NCBI RefSeq assembly: GCF_004010195.1
Contig: NC_057718.1
Span: forward strand, 91,739,337 to 91,773,813
Direction of reading: 5' to 3'
Source of the DNA: Chiloscyllium plagiosum
Lineage: Eukaryota
Length of the DNA stretch: 34,477 nt
Shown here: piece by piece, positions 20,303 through 32,959 of the stretch
Numbering within the stretch: position 1 is the stretch's first letter
Layout of the letters: every line of letters begins with the position of its first letter
Notes under the pieces: model-generated
Database searches by the model: none
The model's input: the letters and a program-made list of their open reading frames with translations, nothing else
What the model was told of the DNA's origin: nothing
Made by a program: the position numbers and the translations under genes

Positions 20303-21436
20303 CACTACTTTTAGAAGCATTTACCTACACTGTTATGCATTACAACCAAGCACCACCTCATCATCAACATCATTACAATTTGTGTACATTTAAAGAGACA
20401 TAACTAAATCCCAGCTAAATTCTACCACCAGAAACTAATGTGCGAGTATACAATAGCTCCTACCAGGGACAAGTTATTTTCTTGTTCCATCATCAGTACT
20501 ATCATATTTGTTGTTGCCTGAGGAGCAATCTCAAATATTGAAGAAAAAATGATCAATTCCAATGAACTCTCTCGATGCAGTAATATTAGAAGCTCAGCGA
20601 CGAACACTTTGAAAAGAAAAAAATATAGAAGCACAAGCACTTAGGAGGACTTTATCTCAAAGCAAGCTAAATAAGTTTCTGCAGGCTATAAAAGAAGATC
20701 TACCCTTCAACTATTATGGTACGAGTTAATTGGAGAAATAATTGACAAGTAGACTATTATTTATTATCAGTCACAGTCTCTCCTGCATAGGCACCTGTAT
20801 AGGGATGTAGCACGGGCCACTTTGCATCAACTAAAGGAAGTGGAAAATTGAACCCATACACAAACCAACAGATGGTTAAGTATTGAATTACAGGTATGAA
20901 TAGATTTCATGAAAGGATTTTAGCTTGTATTTACCCCAGCAGCTATGGCACTATTGCATTTAAACTTTAAACGTGAGGACAGATATTAATCCACAATTCA
21001 CTTTGGACAGGAATTGAGAAAAATTTGAAAGGAAAATGATGAGGCATGCCTTGAAACATGCCATTTTGTAGGGGAGAATAAACAAAATGGTACACAATGC
21101 GCAGTTAACACCATGATACATTTCTGTACAAACTGTACCAGTAGATTGGGTTATTGCAAACATTTAAAAGAATACCTTAGATGCAAAACAAAAATGGTGC
21201 AAATGATATCAAGCAGCCACCTTTGATAATCAAAATTAAGTCACTGAATATTTTTGGTCGAAGCTACCTTGAGAAAGTTTCTAGCCACTGATCTTTGCCA
21301 TCCTATAATAGGAATATTCTCATTCATCTTTAAGATGACATTAGAATAAAGGAGAAACAAATTTTTCATTGAAAACAACATTCAGGCCAGTGCACAGTTT
21401 CAGAATTACAACAACAAAGATTTAATTACAATCTTA

Positions 21437-21548
21437 GGCTCGAATGGTGAAGTGGTAGTGCCCCTGTGAGCCAGGAGTCCTCAGTTCAAGTCGACCTGCT
21501 CCAGAGATGTGTTATAATATCTCTGAACAGGTTGATTAGAAAATACCA
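21437..21548 (+). mobile_element. Short tRNA-derived SINE (old)
   Basis: A-box-like tggtgaagtggtag and B-box-like gttcaagtc, then cctgctccagagatgtgttataatatctctgaacaggttgattagaaaat. Homologous to the copies at 4440 and 32405. Confidence 0.6.
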
Positions 21549-21844
21549 ACAAGTCAACAAAATGAGTGCAACATAAGGTGATCAAAACCTTAACAGACAT
21601 CATCCTAAAAACTTACTTGTTGGTCTCTCAGATAAATTTGTCAATGAAATTCTTCAAATAGGATCTAACTCGAGAATCAATCCAAATAGTAGTGGATAGA
21701 GACTAGAAAATCGCTCAAGAAACATCAATTGGCAGAAGTTGTATTTAATGCAGAACATTCAATGGGCATGTTGATTATTTAACGCACTGACCAGAGAAGG
21801 TAGACTTCCTAACTGAAAACTTAACTGTAGGTAACAATATTAAA

Positions 21845-24800
21845 GGATAACTGGAGCTCTTTCTGGGGAAAGTGAGAGCCTTACAAACATGATGGTCTTC
21901 ACATGAACCAGAGGGGTACCAATATCTTAGGGGGGCGCGAGTTTAAGCTAATGCAGCAGGGGCATGGGAACCTGAATTGTAGTTCAAATGTACAGGAGGT
22001 TGAGGGTGGTGAGGTCAGGGGTAGGTTTACAAGGTTGAGAGAGGGCACTGGCAATCAAGATATTGGTTTGAAATGTGTGTATTTCAATGCCAGGAGCATC
22101 TGGAATAAGGTGGGTGAACTTGCAGCATGGGTTAGTAACCTGGGATTTCCACGTTGTGGCCATGTCAGAGACATGGCAAGAGGAGAGAAACGAATGGCTA
22201 TTGCAGATTCCAGAATTTAGGTGTTTCAGCAAGAACAGAGAAGATGGTAAACGAGGCAGGGAGTGTGGCACTGTTAATCAAGGGTAGTATTGCAGCAGAG
22301 ATAACGTTTAAGGATTCATCCACTGAGATAGTTTGGGCTGAGGTTTGAAACAGGAAAAGAGGTCACCCTGTTGCGGATTGTTCCAGGGATGTAGAGGAAA
22401 GAATAGCAAAGATGATTCTCGATAGCAGTGAGAGTAACAGGGTAGTTATTATGGGGGACATTTAACTTCCCCAATATTGACTGGGAATACTATAGTTCAA
22501 GTAGTTTAGATGGGTCAGTTTTTGTTTAGTCTGTGCAGGAGGGTTTTCTGACACAATATGTAGACAGGCCAACAAGAGGCAATGCCATAATTAGATTTGG
22601 TACTGGGGAATGAACCCAGCCAGGTGTTAGATTTGGAGGTAGGTGAGCACTTTGGTGATAGTGACCATAATTCGATTAAGTTTATAATACCAATGGGCAG
22701 GGATAGGTATATACCACAGGGAAAGAGGTATAACTGGGGGAAAGGCAATTATGATGCAATGGGGAAAGAAACTGCAGGGGATGCACAGTCTTGAAATGTG
22801 GAGCATATTCAAGGAACAGCTACCGCAGGTCCTAGATAATTATATACCTATTAGGCAAGGAGGTAGTTGTCGAGAGAGGGAACCATGGTTTAGTAAAGAA
22901 GTTGAAGCTCTTGTCAAGAGGAAGAGAAAGACTTATGTGAGGAGGCGGCGTGAAGGCTCAGTTAGGGGGCTTGAGAGTTATAAGTTAGCTAGAAAAGATC
23001 TAAAGAGAGGGCAAAGAAGAGCCAGGAGGGGACCTGAGAAATTGTTGGTGGATAGGATCAAGGAAAACTCTAAGGCTTCTATAGGTATATCAGGAATAAA
23101 AGAATGACTGGAGTAAGATTAGGGCCAAAGATACTAGTGCAAAGTTGTGTGTGGAATCTGAGGACATAGGGGAAGTGCTTAGCGTCGAATCTCCTGTTCC
23201 CTGGATGCTGCCTGACCTGCTGTGCTGTTCCAGCAATAAAGTTTCAACCAAAGATACTAGTGCAAAGTTGTGTGTGGAATCTGAGGACATAGGGGAAGTG
23301 CTTAATGAATACTTTTTGTCAGTATTCACATTGGAAAAGGGCAATGTTAGTGAGAATACGGAGATACAGGCTACAAGATTAGATGGGATTAAGGTTCACA
23401 AAGAGGAGATTTTAGCAATTTTGAAAGATCTGAAATTAAGTAAGACCCCTGGGCCGGATGGGACTTTTCCTTGGATTCGCTGGGAAGCGATTGCCGAGCC
23501 TTTGGCTTCCATCTTTATCTCATCATTGTTGACAAGAGTAGTGCTAGAAGACAGAATGTTGTTCCCTTGTTGAAGGGGAGAGTCAAGACAACCCTGGTAA
23601 TTATACGCCAGTGAACCTTACTTTGGTTGTGGGTGAGGTGTTGGAAAGGTTATAAGAGATAGGATTTATAATCATCCGGAGAGGAATAATTTGATTAGGG
23701 ATAGTCAACACGGTTTTGTGAAAGGTAGGTTGTGCATCACTCACCTTATTGAGTTCTTCGAGGTGGTGACAAAACAGGTTGATGAAGGTAAAGTGGTTGA
23801 TGCAATGTATATGGACTTCAGTAAGGCGTTTGATAAGGTTCCACATGATAGGCTATTGCACAAAATAAGGAGTTTCGGATTGAAGGTGATTTACCGGTTT
23901 GGATCAGAAATTGGCTAGCTGAAAGAAGACAGAGGGTTGTGGTTGATGAGAAATGTCCATCCTGGAGCTCAGTTACCAGCGGTGTCCTGCAAGGATCTGT
24001 TTTGGGACCACTGCTGCTTGTCATTTTTATAAATGATCTGGAGGTGGGTGGAGAAGGATGGGTGAGTAAATTTTCAGATGACACTAAGGTAGGCAGAGTT
24101 GTGGATATTGCCGAAGGACGTTGTGGGTTACAGAGGAACATAGGTATGGTGCAGAGCTGGGCTGAGAAGTGGTAAATAGAGTTTCATGTGGAAAAGCGTG
24201 AGGTAGTTCACTTCGGAAGTAGTGACAGAAATGCAGAGTACTGGGCTAATGGAAAAATCCTTGGCAGCATAGATGAATACAGAGATCTCAGTGTCTAGGT
24301 GTACAAATCCCTGAACGTTGCCACCCAGATTGATAAGGTTGTTAAGAAGGCATTTGGTGCGTTGGCTTTTATTGGTAGGGGGGATTGAGTTTCGGAGCCA
24401 CGCAATCATGCTTCAGCTATACTAGACACTGATAAGGCCACACCTGGATTATTGCGTGCAGTTCTGGTCACCGCATTACAGGAAGGATGTGGAAGCTTCC
24501 GAAAGGGTTCAGAGGAGATTTACTAGGATGTTGCCTGCTATGGAGGGAAGGTCTTCCAAGGAAAGGCGGAGGGAACTGAGGCTGTTTTCGTTGGAGAGAA
24601 GAAAGTTGAGAGGTGACTTAATCGAGACATATAAGATAATCAGAGGGTTAGATAGGGTGGACAGTGAGAGCCTTTTTCCTTGGATAGTGAAAGCTAACAC
24701 TAAGGGACACAGCTTTAAATTGAGGGATGATTGATTTAGGACAGATATCAGGGGTAGTTTCTTTACTCAGAGAGTAGTAGGGGCGTGGAACAGCCTGCCT

Positions 24801-24966
24801 GCGACAGTAGTAGACTCACTGACGTTAAGGGCATTTAAATGGGCATTGGACATACATATGGATAATAATGGAATGGTATCGGTTAGATGGGCATCAGATT
24901 GATTTCACAGCTCTGGGCAACATCGATGGCCAAAGGGCCTGTACTACACTGTGACGTTCTATGTTC
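21845..24966 (+). mobile_element. Long CR1 LINE: end of ORF1 esterase, ORF2 APE endonuclease plus RT, 3' tail; inactive
   Basis: DGLHMNQRGTNILGG (SGNH esterase end), [80 protein letters not shown]; tail gttctatgttc. Many stops and frameshifts. Confidence 0.96.
23182..23247 (+). mobile_element. 66-bp PLE pseudo-LTR fragment inserted in the CR1, flanked by a 57-bp direct duplication
   Basis: Insert gcgtcgaatctcctgttccctggatgctgcctgacctgctgtgctgttccagcaataaagtttcaa; identical 57-mers at 23125-23181 and 23248-23304. Confidence 0.9.
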
Positions 24967-25494
24967 AAACAACACCACTGTCATATACAATTTTCACCTG
25001 AGACTCAGTCTAATAACTAGCAAGAAATGTGCATTTGTCATCTGATTGTCAGAAACAAGAATTGATTACCCTGTAATACTTGAAAGATCCTGCATTTTTC
25101 TAGTCATCATAATTGATTATTTTAATACAAATTTGAGTACCTTTGCTCCATTTCACTTAAAACGTTTCTCAATAGGGTTTGAGCTTTATCCTAAAGTCAC
25201 ATACAGAAACAGGTTTTAAAAAGTGGCATTTGGTTTTAATCATGAATATTTCCATAATTATAGTTTATAGAACAATCTAACAATACTATTCTCTCAAAAC
25301 GACAACATTAGACTATCCCTATTTCCAAGTAACATATTCTGGATAGCATCCAATGGGCATTAATAATTTGGGAACACATTCACAAACTACTGGAGTATCA
25401 ATGTTTTCAACATCCAGACTGTAGATGTGAATACAATTAGAAGGATCTAAACCTGTCCAACACAAATTAAAGCCTCCTCCAACAATATAGCAAA

Positions 25495-25990
25495 TATCTT
25501 GTACATATCTAATACCTTGAATATAATAAAACAGCCCAAGGCAGCTGAGATGTGTATTATTAAGAAAGCATCAAGTCATATAAGGAGATAAGTTGAGCAA
25601 CAGCTTGTTCAAAGGGGATGTTTTATGGTTTGTTTTGAAAGGAGAGAGAGGTAGAGTGGTAATTCCTGAGCATAGTGCTTTAGCAGTTGAAGATGCTGCT
25701 GTCAAAGATGGTACAATCGAAAGCAAAAAGGCTGAAAGCTGGGATGACAGAGGTGCAATGGTTTCAGAGTTGCAGGAGATTCTGGAGAAAAGGAGTGACA
25801 AGGACAAGAAGAGACTGAGAAGAAAAATGATTTAAAAAAAAAATTAAAGCATTGTTGCCAAGAGTCAATATAAATCAAGGAGTGCAGTGATGGATCGAGT
25901 GCAGTGATGGATCAAGTGAGATTTGGTGCAAATTAGGACACAGGCATTGAGGCCATAATCAATTAATGTGGTATCAGGGCAAAAATGGAA
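25495..25990 (-). mobile_element. Old L2-like LINE 3' part
   Basis: aataaaacagcccaaggc...tcatataaggagata...aaaggagagagaggtagag...aattcc..agc...cagttgaag resembles a reversed shark L2 3' region. Confidence 0.55.
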
Positions 25991-27044
25991 AGCAAACCAA
26001 GTGAAATCATAACGCCCAGTGAGAACAAATGGGCGAAAAATTTGTACAGCTGAGCTGAGACAGGAGTCAGTAAAATTACAATGCTAAAAGGAGATAGGAC
26101 TTAGTGATAGAACAGATTCTGGTCTGAAAGATTACAAACCAAGCTGCAAACATTTTGACTTATTCTGTAAAAATGCAAGTTAAAGCATTTAAAATGATGA
26201 ATACTATAGAATCAACTTGTATTCTTCCAAGCTAAAATACTTCCATTCAATTAACCAATTTAAAAAAAATTACCTAAATTTGACAATTTTTTTGCAACAC
26301 ATACAGTAGATTAGGAATTGCCTGATTGCAGGTAGGCATCAGCATTGAATTGGATTTCTAGATTTAAGAAAACATAGAACATAGCTCCAGATTAACATCA
26401 CTGTTCTGACAATATCCAAATCAGCAGTGCATCTACAATTCAGGTATGACACAAGGGAAATTTTTTTTGGAAACTAAAATCCTCCCAACAACTTAAGCAG
26501 CATTTCAAACACCCCCTTTCTTGTTAATTTCAACCTCTCAATGTAAAAAGCATAGTGAAAACCTCCTCTCTCATCCAATTATAAAGGTGACTCCGCTTAA
26601 TGCAAACAGGAAGAATGCAAAGACAGAATATCAAATAGCATCAACAGGAACACAGCAGAAACCCAGATAGGGCAGAGCATCCAAGTAGAGGTCACTCTTC
26701 ACACCCTGCATGGGCCAAAGACCCTCCATGTCTCTCTCTGTCCTTGACCCCTTCCCCTCTTTGGGCAATGTTAACCCCAAGGAAAGTATTTCACTGCAAT
26801 GCAATCAGACAATCAATGCCAGCAAATGGCCATTCATCATAATATTTTCCCAATCAGTTCACAGATTAGAGTATGGAAATCTTCAACCATTTTAAAACAA
26901 AGCAGTCAGAGTCCACATTGAATGAGGTGGGATGTGCCCCGCTTCCGCCTCCCCACCCCCCCCCCCCCCAAAAAAAAACCTCGGCCACCCCGGATTCTGC
27001 CTCCCAACTCATCAGTCAGCGATAACTGGCAAGGATGAGAAATT

Positions 27045-27146
27045 AAAAATGAAAACATAAACTGCCAGCAAAACTCAGCAGATTTGGCAGAAAGTGTGGG
27101 AAGAAAACAGAATAAACTCTTCGAATCTGGTGGCCCTCCATCAGAA
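27045..27146 (-). mobile_element. Single decayed PLE pseudo-LTR arm
   Basis: aaaactcagcagatttggcag...gtgggaagaaaacagaataaac...ggtggccctccatcagaac; same arm as 2310-2395 and 6300-6402. Confidence 0.6.
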
Positions 27147-28180
27147 CGAGCTAAGATCTTATCACAGCTCTGTCACCATCAAGTACTCTTAAGGAGTTCC
27201 TCAAAACAATGCATATAAAACAGTAATTCCAGGAGCAGCAATTCGAGGAAATCACCTCCAGCACTTAAAATACCTCAAAAAAGTAGCAGCTGTTACAGCC
27301 AGAAATTTTCCCTGTCCTCCATCTTGGATTACCCAGAATCTTTCTCACTGCTTAAGAAGGGTGGTAAGGACAAGCCAGGGAACTATAGACCAGTGAGCCT
27401 GATGTCGGTGGTGGGCAAGTTGTTGGAGGGAATCCTGAGGGACAGGATGTACATGTATTTGGAAAGGCAAGGACTGATTAGGGATAGTAAACATGGCTTT
27501 GTGCGTGAGAAATCATGCGTGGGAAACTTGATTGAGTTTTTTGAAGAAGTAACAAAGAAGATTGATGAGGGCAGAGCAGTATATGTGACCTATGTGAACT
27601 TCAGTAATGCGTTTGACAAGGATCCTCATGGGAGACTCGTTAGCAAGGTTAGATCTCACGGAATATAGGGAGAACTTGCCATTTGGATACAGAACTGGCT
27701 CAAAGGTAGAAGACAGAGGGTGGTGGTGGTGGTGGAGGGTTGTTTTTCAGACTGGAGGCCTGTGACCAGTGGAGTGCCACAAGGATCGGTGCTGGGTCCA
27801 CTCCGTTTTGTCATTTACATAAATGATTTGGATGTGAGAATAAGAGGTACAGTTAGTAAGTTTGCAGATGACACCAAAATTGGAGGTGTAGTGGACAGTG
27901 AAGAAGGTTACTTCCGATTACAACATGATCTTGACCGGATGGGCCAATGGGCTGGAGTTTAATTCAGATAAATGCAAGGTGCTGCATTTTGAGAAAGCAA
28001 TTCTTAGCAGGACTTATACACTTAATGGTAAGGTCTTAGGGAGTGTTGCTGAACAAAGAGACCTTGGAGTGCAGGTTCATAACTCCTTGAAAGTAGAGCA
28101 GCAGGTAGATTAGGATAGTGAAGGCGGCGTTTGGTATGCTTTCTTTTATTGGTCAGAGTATTGAGTACAGGAGTTGGGAG

Positions 28181-28379
28181 CTGAAAATGTGTTGCTGGAA
28201 AAGCGCAGCAGGTCAGGCAGCATCCAAAGAGCAGGAGAATCGACGTTTCGGGCATGAGCCCTTCTTCATGTCCAAAACGTCGATTCTCCTGCTCCTTGGA
28301 TGCTGCCTGGCCTGCTGCGCTTTTCCAGCAACACATTTTCAGCTCTGATCTCCAGCATCTGCAGTCCTCAGTTTCTCCG
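28181..28379. mobile_element. Fold-back PLE pseudo-LTR insertion in the CR1 with 14-bp TSD
   Basis: 80-bp arms at 28178-28257 and 28266-28345 around an 8-nt loop. TSD acaggagttgggag (28167-28180) / acaggaattgggag (28380-28393), one mismatch. Confidence 0.92.
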
Positions 28380-28621
28380 ACAGGAATTGGGAGGACATGT
28401 TGTGGCTGTACAAGACACTGGTTAGGCCACTGTTGGAATATTGTGTGCAATTCTGGTCTCCTTCCTATTGGAAAGATGTTGTGAAACTTGCAAGGGTTCA
28501 GAAAAGATTTACAAGGATGTTGCCAGAGTTGGAGGATTTGAGCTATAGAGAGCGGCTGAACAGGCTGGGGCTGTTTTCCCCTGGAACATCAGAGGTTGAG
28601 GGGTGACCTTATTGAGGTTTA

Positions 28622-28654
28622 NNNNNNNNNNNNNNNNNNNNNNNNNNNNNNNNN
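28622..28654. other. Assembly gap (33 N) inside CR1
   Basis: Run of N. Confidence 1.
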
Positions 28655-28949
28655 AAGGGGCAACTTTTTCACACAGAGGGTGGTACGTGTATGGAATGAG
28701 CTACCAGAGGATGTGATGGAGGCTGGTATAATTGCAACATTTAAAAGGCATTTGGATGGGTTTATGAATAGGAACGGTTTGGAGGGATATGGGCTGGGTG
28801 CTGGCAGGTGGGACGAGATTGGGTTGGGATATCTGGTCGGCATGGACGGGTTGGACTGAAGGGTCTGTTTCCATGCTGTACATCTCTATGACTGTATAAG
28901 TTCATATATTTGGTATTGAGGAGTGTATATATTATATAGCATAATCATT

Positions 28950-29510
28950 TCTCATGTTTTAAAGGTTGTAAGATTTCCTGCCTCTAATGCCCTCCCAGGC
29001 ATTACATTTCAGATTCCCATCACCCTATTCTTCCTCAAATCCTCTCCAAACCTACTGTTCATCATTGCTGATCGTTCAACTAAGAAAACATTTGCTTCCC
29101 TGTACATGCCCCTCAGTCTTATGCAGCTTAATCACGGGATCCCGCAGCCTTTTCTGTTGTAAAGCAAACAATCCATGCCTATCCAGCTTCTCTTTATAGG
29201 TAAAATGCTACAACCCAGGTAATATCCTCATGTATCTCTTCGGCACTTCCTTCAGTAATTACATTCTTCCTACAGTGTAGCGATCAAAACTATACAGAGT
29301 ACTCCAGCTGTGATCTAACCAAAGTTTTGTACTGCTCCAACAAACCACTCTATTCTTGTAATCTACGCCACAACTGATAAAGCCAAGTGTCCTGTATGCC
29401 TTGTTAAGCACTCAATGAAACTGCCCTGCCATGCCATCCTCTGGCATCTTTGGACAAACGCCCGCAGATTCTTCTGTTCCTCAGAGCTTCCTAGTTTCCT
29501 GCCTTCCAAT
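28950..29510 (-). mobile_element. Old CR1 LINE 3' part
   Basis: ctacagtgtagcgatcaaaactatacagagtactccagctgtgatctaaccaaagttttgta is the reverse of YKTLVRSQLEYSV.F.SLHCRK. Confidence 0.85.
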
Positions 29511-29639
29511 AAGACTGATCATAAACCTATGGTCTCCTATCTGAATTAAAGAAAGTTAGCAAAAATGCCCTCCTCCGAAGTAATGGTTTTCTTACATGTT
29601 TGAGATTGCCAGAATTATACCTCGACATCAGGAATTACA

Positions 29640-29968
29640 TTTGCGTAGAGGTTATACAAAATAGACCTGTTTTCTTGAGGATTTATCAGTCTTTCATGCA
29701 ATAACAGGAAAAGACAGTAAATAAATGTAAAATATTTCCACTCGTTGGGTATTCTAGAACTAGGGGTCATAGTCTAGAAATTAGCTGCAGGCAGTTCAGG
29801 ATGGGTGTTAGGGAGCATTTTTATGTACGAAACGTAGAGGTTTGGAACTCTAATATAAAGGGATTAAAGGATCTGAGCCAAAGGTGGGTATATGAAGTTA
29901 GGCCACAGATTAGCCACGATCTCATTGAATGCCGGGGGCTGAATGGCCACATCCATTCTTATGCTCCA
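29640..29968 (+). mobile_element. Old CR1 3' end
   Basis: tctagaactaggggtcatagtctagaaattag, gaggtttggaactct, cagattagccacgatctcattgaatg...ggggctgaatggcc tail. Confidence 0.75.
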
Positions 29969-30129
29969 ATAAGAGACTCAACATGATGAAAACAAGCATC
30001 AGACATCAGATGCTCTTTCTCAACTCACAGCTGATATATTCATTCATGATGAACATGATTTGGGACTGACATATAGCATTTCTTAGTCAACCTCATCAAA
30101 CAATATTCACTTCATCAAGGATGAACAAA

Positions 30130-30762
30130 AGAAACATCAACAGAGTTGAGATGATGTGGTTTGAGAGCATTTAGTTACTAGAAGTGATGATAACCAACAA
30201 TCTGTCCTCGAACTCCCACCTTGATGTGACAGTCAAGATGGCACAACTATGCCTCTCTTCCTCAGACAGCTTAGCAAATTTGGCATGCTCAAAAGGACCC
30301 TCACCAACGTTTACAGATGCACAGAAATCAACTGGTACGTCAACTGCTCTGCCCAGAACTATAAGAAACTACAGAAAGATGTGTGCACAGCCCAGACCAT
30401 CATAGAAACCAACCTCCCATCCATGGAGTCCATTTACACTTCTTATTGCCACAGAAAGGCTTCTATCAAAGACCCATCCCACCCTGATAATGCTCTCTTC
30501 TAATCTCTTCCATTAGGCAGAAGACATAGAAGGTTGAACACATGTACCAAGTTCAAGAACAGCTTCTTCCTTGCTATTATTAGACTATTGAATGGACCTC
30601 TCTAACTTCAAATCATGTTGATCTTGCTTTGCACACTTCCTGTGCAGATGTAACCTTGTATGCCTTGCTCTAAGCACCCTATGATCTGTATGTCCTTGCA
30701 TCTGCCTGCACTGCTCACAAAACAAAGCTTTTCACTGTACTTAAAGTACAACAAATCAGATC
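30130..30762 (+). mobile_element. Rex1/Babar-clade LINE 3' part
   Basis: Homologous to 7810-8470 (gtcaagatggcacaac...ctcttcctcag; gaacagcttcttcc; aacaaagcttttcactgtactt; aaatcagatcag tail). Confidence 0.85.
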
Positions 30763-30799
30763 AGAAACCAAAAGTGCATCATTGTGTGAAAGTATTAAA

Positions 30800-31190
30800 T
30801 ACAAGGATACTATAGAGCTCAGTCACAGACCCTATTATGAAGATTTCCTTCCATCATAGGAAGCACTTCTCCATCATCAAGGCCTTGAATTTTTTTGTGG
30901 CTGACCGGTAATTTCCTGCATATTATGGAATTATACTTTTCAGAGGATTTACCAAGGACATTGAGGCAAACCAAGTATTGAGCAAGAACTCATGGGACTA
31001 TTTCGTGGCCCGGGATCTCCAAACAGAGGACATTGTCATCAAATGTAATACATGTGTCAGACAGTAACAAATGGAGGGAATCCTCTCATAAATATCAAGT
31101 TTCATGATAGATTGTGTGTTCATTTAGCTGGATTTTTTCATGTACGAAAGGCTATGCTTGCCTCATTGTAGTTCATTACTGGTTGAACAT
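30800..31190 (+). mobile_element. Decayed Ty3/Gypsy LTR-retrotransposon integrase remnant
   Basis: Frame-shifted pieces RIYQGH*G, SWPGISK, EDIVIKCNTC, LDFF...CLIVVHY follow the H..GH.G...WWPG.S..I...V..C..C...DLF...YL.VVDY pattern of Gypsy integrase H2C2 and core start. Confidence 0.7.
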
Positions 31191-32404
31191 ATGTTGTTGC
31201 ATATACTATTGACATGCAATAAACAGAGTACTAAAGAAGCCGAAGCCAGTTCAAGATATTGCTTCTTGACGAGTCTATCTTGAACACAAACGCTTAGTAA
31301 AGGTATTAAATGACATGACAATGCAACTCATTTCTAATAATTACTCTCACATAATTTGAAATATTATTTTTAAAAACTGTATCTAAACTGCAATTGCATG
31401 GGATATCTGCATAGACAATCAAAATATACACAAGCTTCAGAACAAGTTTACGGATGACTCTAAGGAATGTACTTGCTTAAATGTGTAATTTGTTTACCGC
31501 AGTGAGAAGCCTCACTGGAACTGGGTAGTCCAACAGGGATAGAACAAGATGGAATGTAATTTGTACTAGGATTAGACACGAGAGGATAATGGCAGACTCT
31601 GACACAAATGCATTGTCAGTATGCTGAAAATGAAACAAAAAACAAATACTATTTATATTATACTTTTAATGTTCCGAGACAGGTTCAGTTTTGGCATACA
31701 TTAAGAACACCATTGAAAAGTTTAGTCATGGTTATTGCATAACCCACCTTCTCAGAAATAGCTTTGATTCTATGTCAAGAATTTAATAATTACACAGCCT
31801 TCGTTCAGTATGAACGATTTAGAAACATTACATGGTATAATTGTCACAACTAAGGAGCATCAGCAATGTTTGCATGTTATCTACTGAAATGATCTCAGTG
31901 TACCATAATGACAAGAGAAGTGCTGTGCACCTCAGCTTAGCAACTGCTCCATGTAGTAAGCTCTCAGTAAACAGACATGCTGTAATGCTCCCTGTGGTTC
32001 ATAGCCAGACAATAGGCACAAGGATCCTGCTGAGGTATTATTAAAATTTTCATGTACAGAACTTCGAAACATAGGTAGGTACACCTAATTTTAGGAGTTA
32101 GGATTTTGTTCTTTTTCTCAGGTAGCAAATACACATATCAGAATTAAAGATTTACTTCTTGAATAAAGATTAAAGAAAATAAAACAGCAGATATATATTT
32201 ATTCATCTTCACAAAAAGCTTCCATCAAAACAGTCAAGTAGTTTTCTTCCCATTATACGGAACGGATATGTTTGGAACAAAATTGCTCTTGTCCTAGTAC
32301 ATTCATCCATTACAAAATTGCAAGGTCAATAAAAATTGTGACATTTTTGAAACAATTTCAATAGGTGGTCACTAAAATCTATTTTCCTCTTTTTAAAAAA
32401 AAAA

Positions 32405-32508
32405 TTAACCTCTATCAACCTCTTCAGTGATGTTATGACACAGCTCTGGAGCATGTGCATCTTGCACCCAGGTGTCCTGGTGCAGGAATAGAGATACTAC
32501 CAACATTC
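32405..32508 (-). mobile_element. Short tRNA-derived SINE (old)
   Basis: atcaacctcttcagtgatgttatgacacagctctggagca...cttgcacccagg...gatactacca; homologous to the reverse of 21437-21548. Confidence 0.6.
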
Positions 32509-32959
32509 CATACTTCGAATAAAAAAAAAATAATGGAAAAGCAGAGGCAAAAGGTATAGTTTTGTAATATCTGGTGTCTTTCAGCGTCTGTGTGGCTCTA
32601 CATAGTCAAACCTCGATAAAACTGAAAACATACATTATCCTGGATTTCATGATCCAACATTTTTTCCAGTGAGTCAGGCTTAATGATTAAACTTAAGACA
32701 TGCTCAGCTACATATGGAGGTGAATTTTAAAAAAAAAATCAGATAAGAAATGCCATTTTCAAAAAAATCAATTAGCTAGGTTAAAAAACTCAAATTATAG
32801 CAGCATAATAGAGTAAATTCTGATCAATAGTAAATTCTGATCAAGAGCAATTCTCATGCATCCTTGAGAAGATTGCATAGCATTAACTACTTCGGAGAAA
32901 CTCCAACAGTGAACCATTGGCAGAGTGTTATATATTACAATTTCAGCTGCAAGTCAGCA

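Larger units (their letters stand above)
27350..28895 (+). mobile_element. CR1 LINE, 5'-truncated RT plus 3' tail
   Basis: [90 protein letters not shown]. Confidence 0.96.

Noticed and set aside
20464..20606. Possible 143-nt minus-strand exon (strong pyrimidine tract before tcaaag, donor CTG|gtagga)
   Set aside because: The donor is weak, the open frame is not compatible with the flanking phase-2 junctions, and the peptide has no RALGAPA similarity.
21616..21702. Possible minus-strand exon ending in CAA|gtaagt
   Set aside because: Stops in all three frames and only a modest acceptor; no other support.
25880..25913. 17-bp tandem duplication (gagtgcagtgatggatc x2); another 17-bp-period pair at 32812-32844
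   Set aside because: Two copies with no spacer: ordinary slippage, not a CRISPR-like or functional array.
26948..26980. Poly-C/poly-A run (G-rich on the transcript strand)
   Set aside because: Low-complexity homopolymer, prone to sequencing error; no evidence of function.
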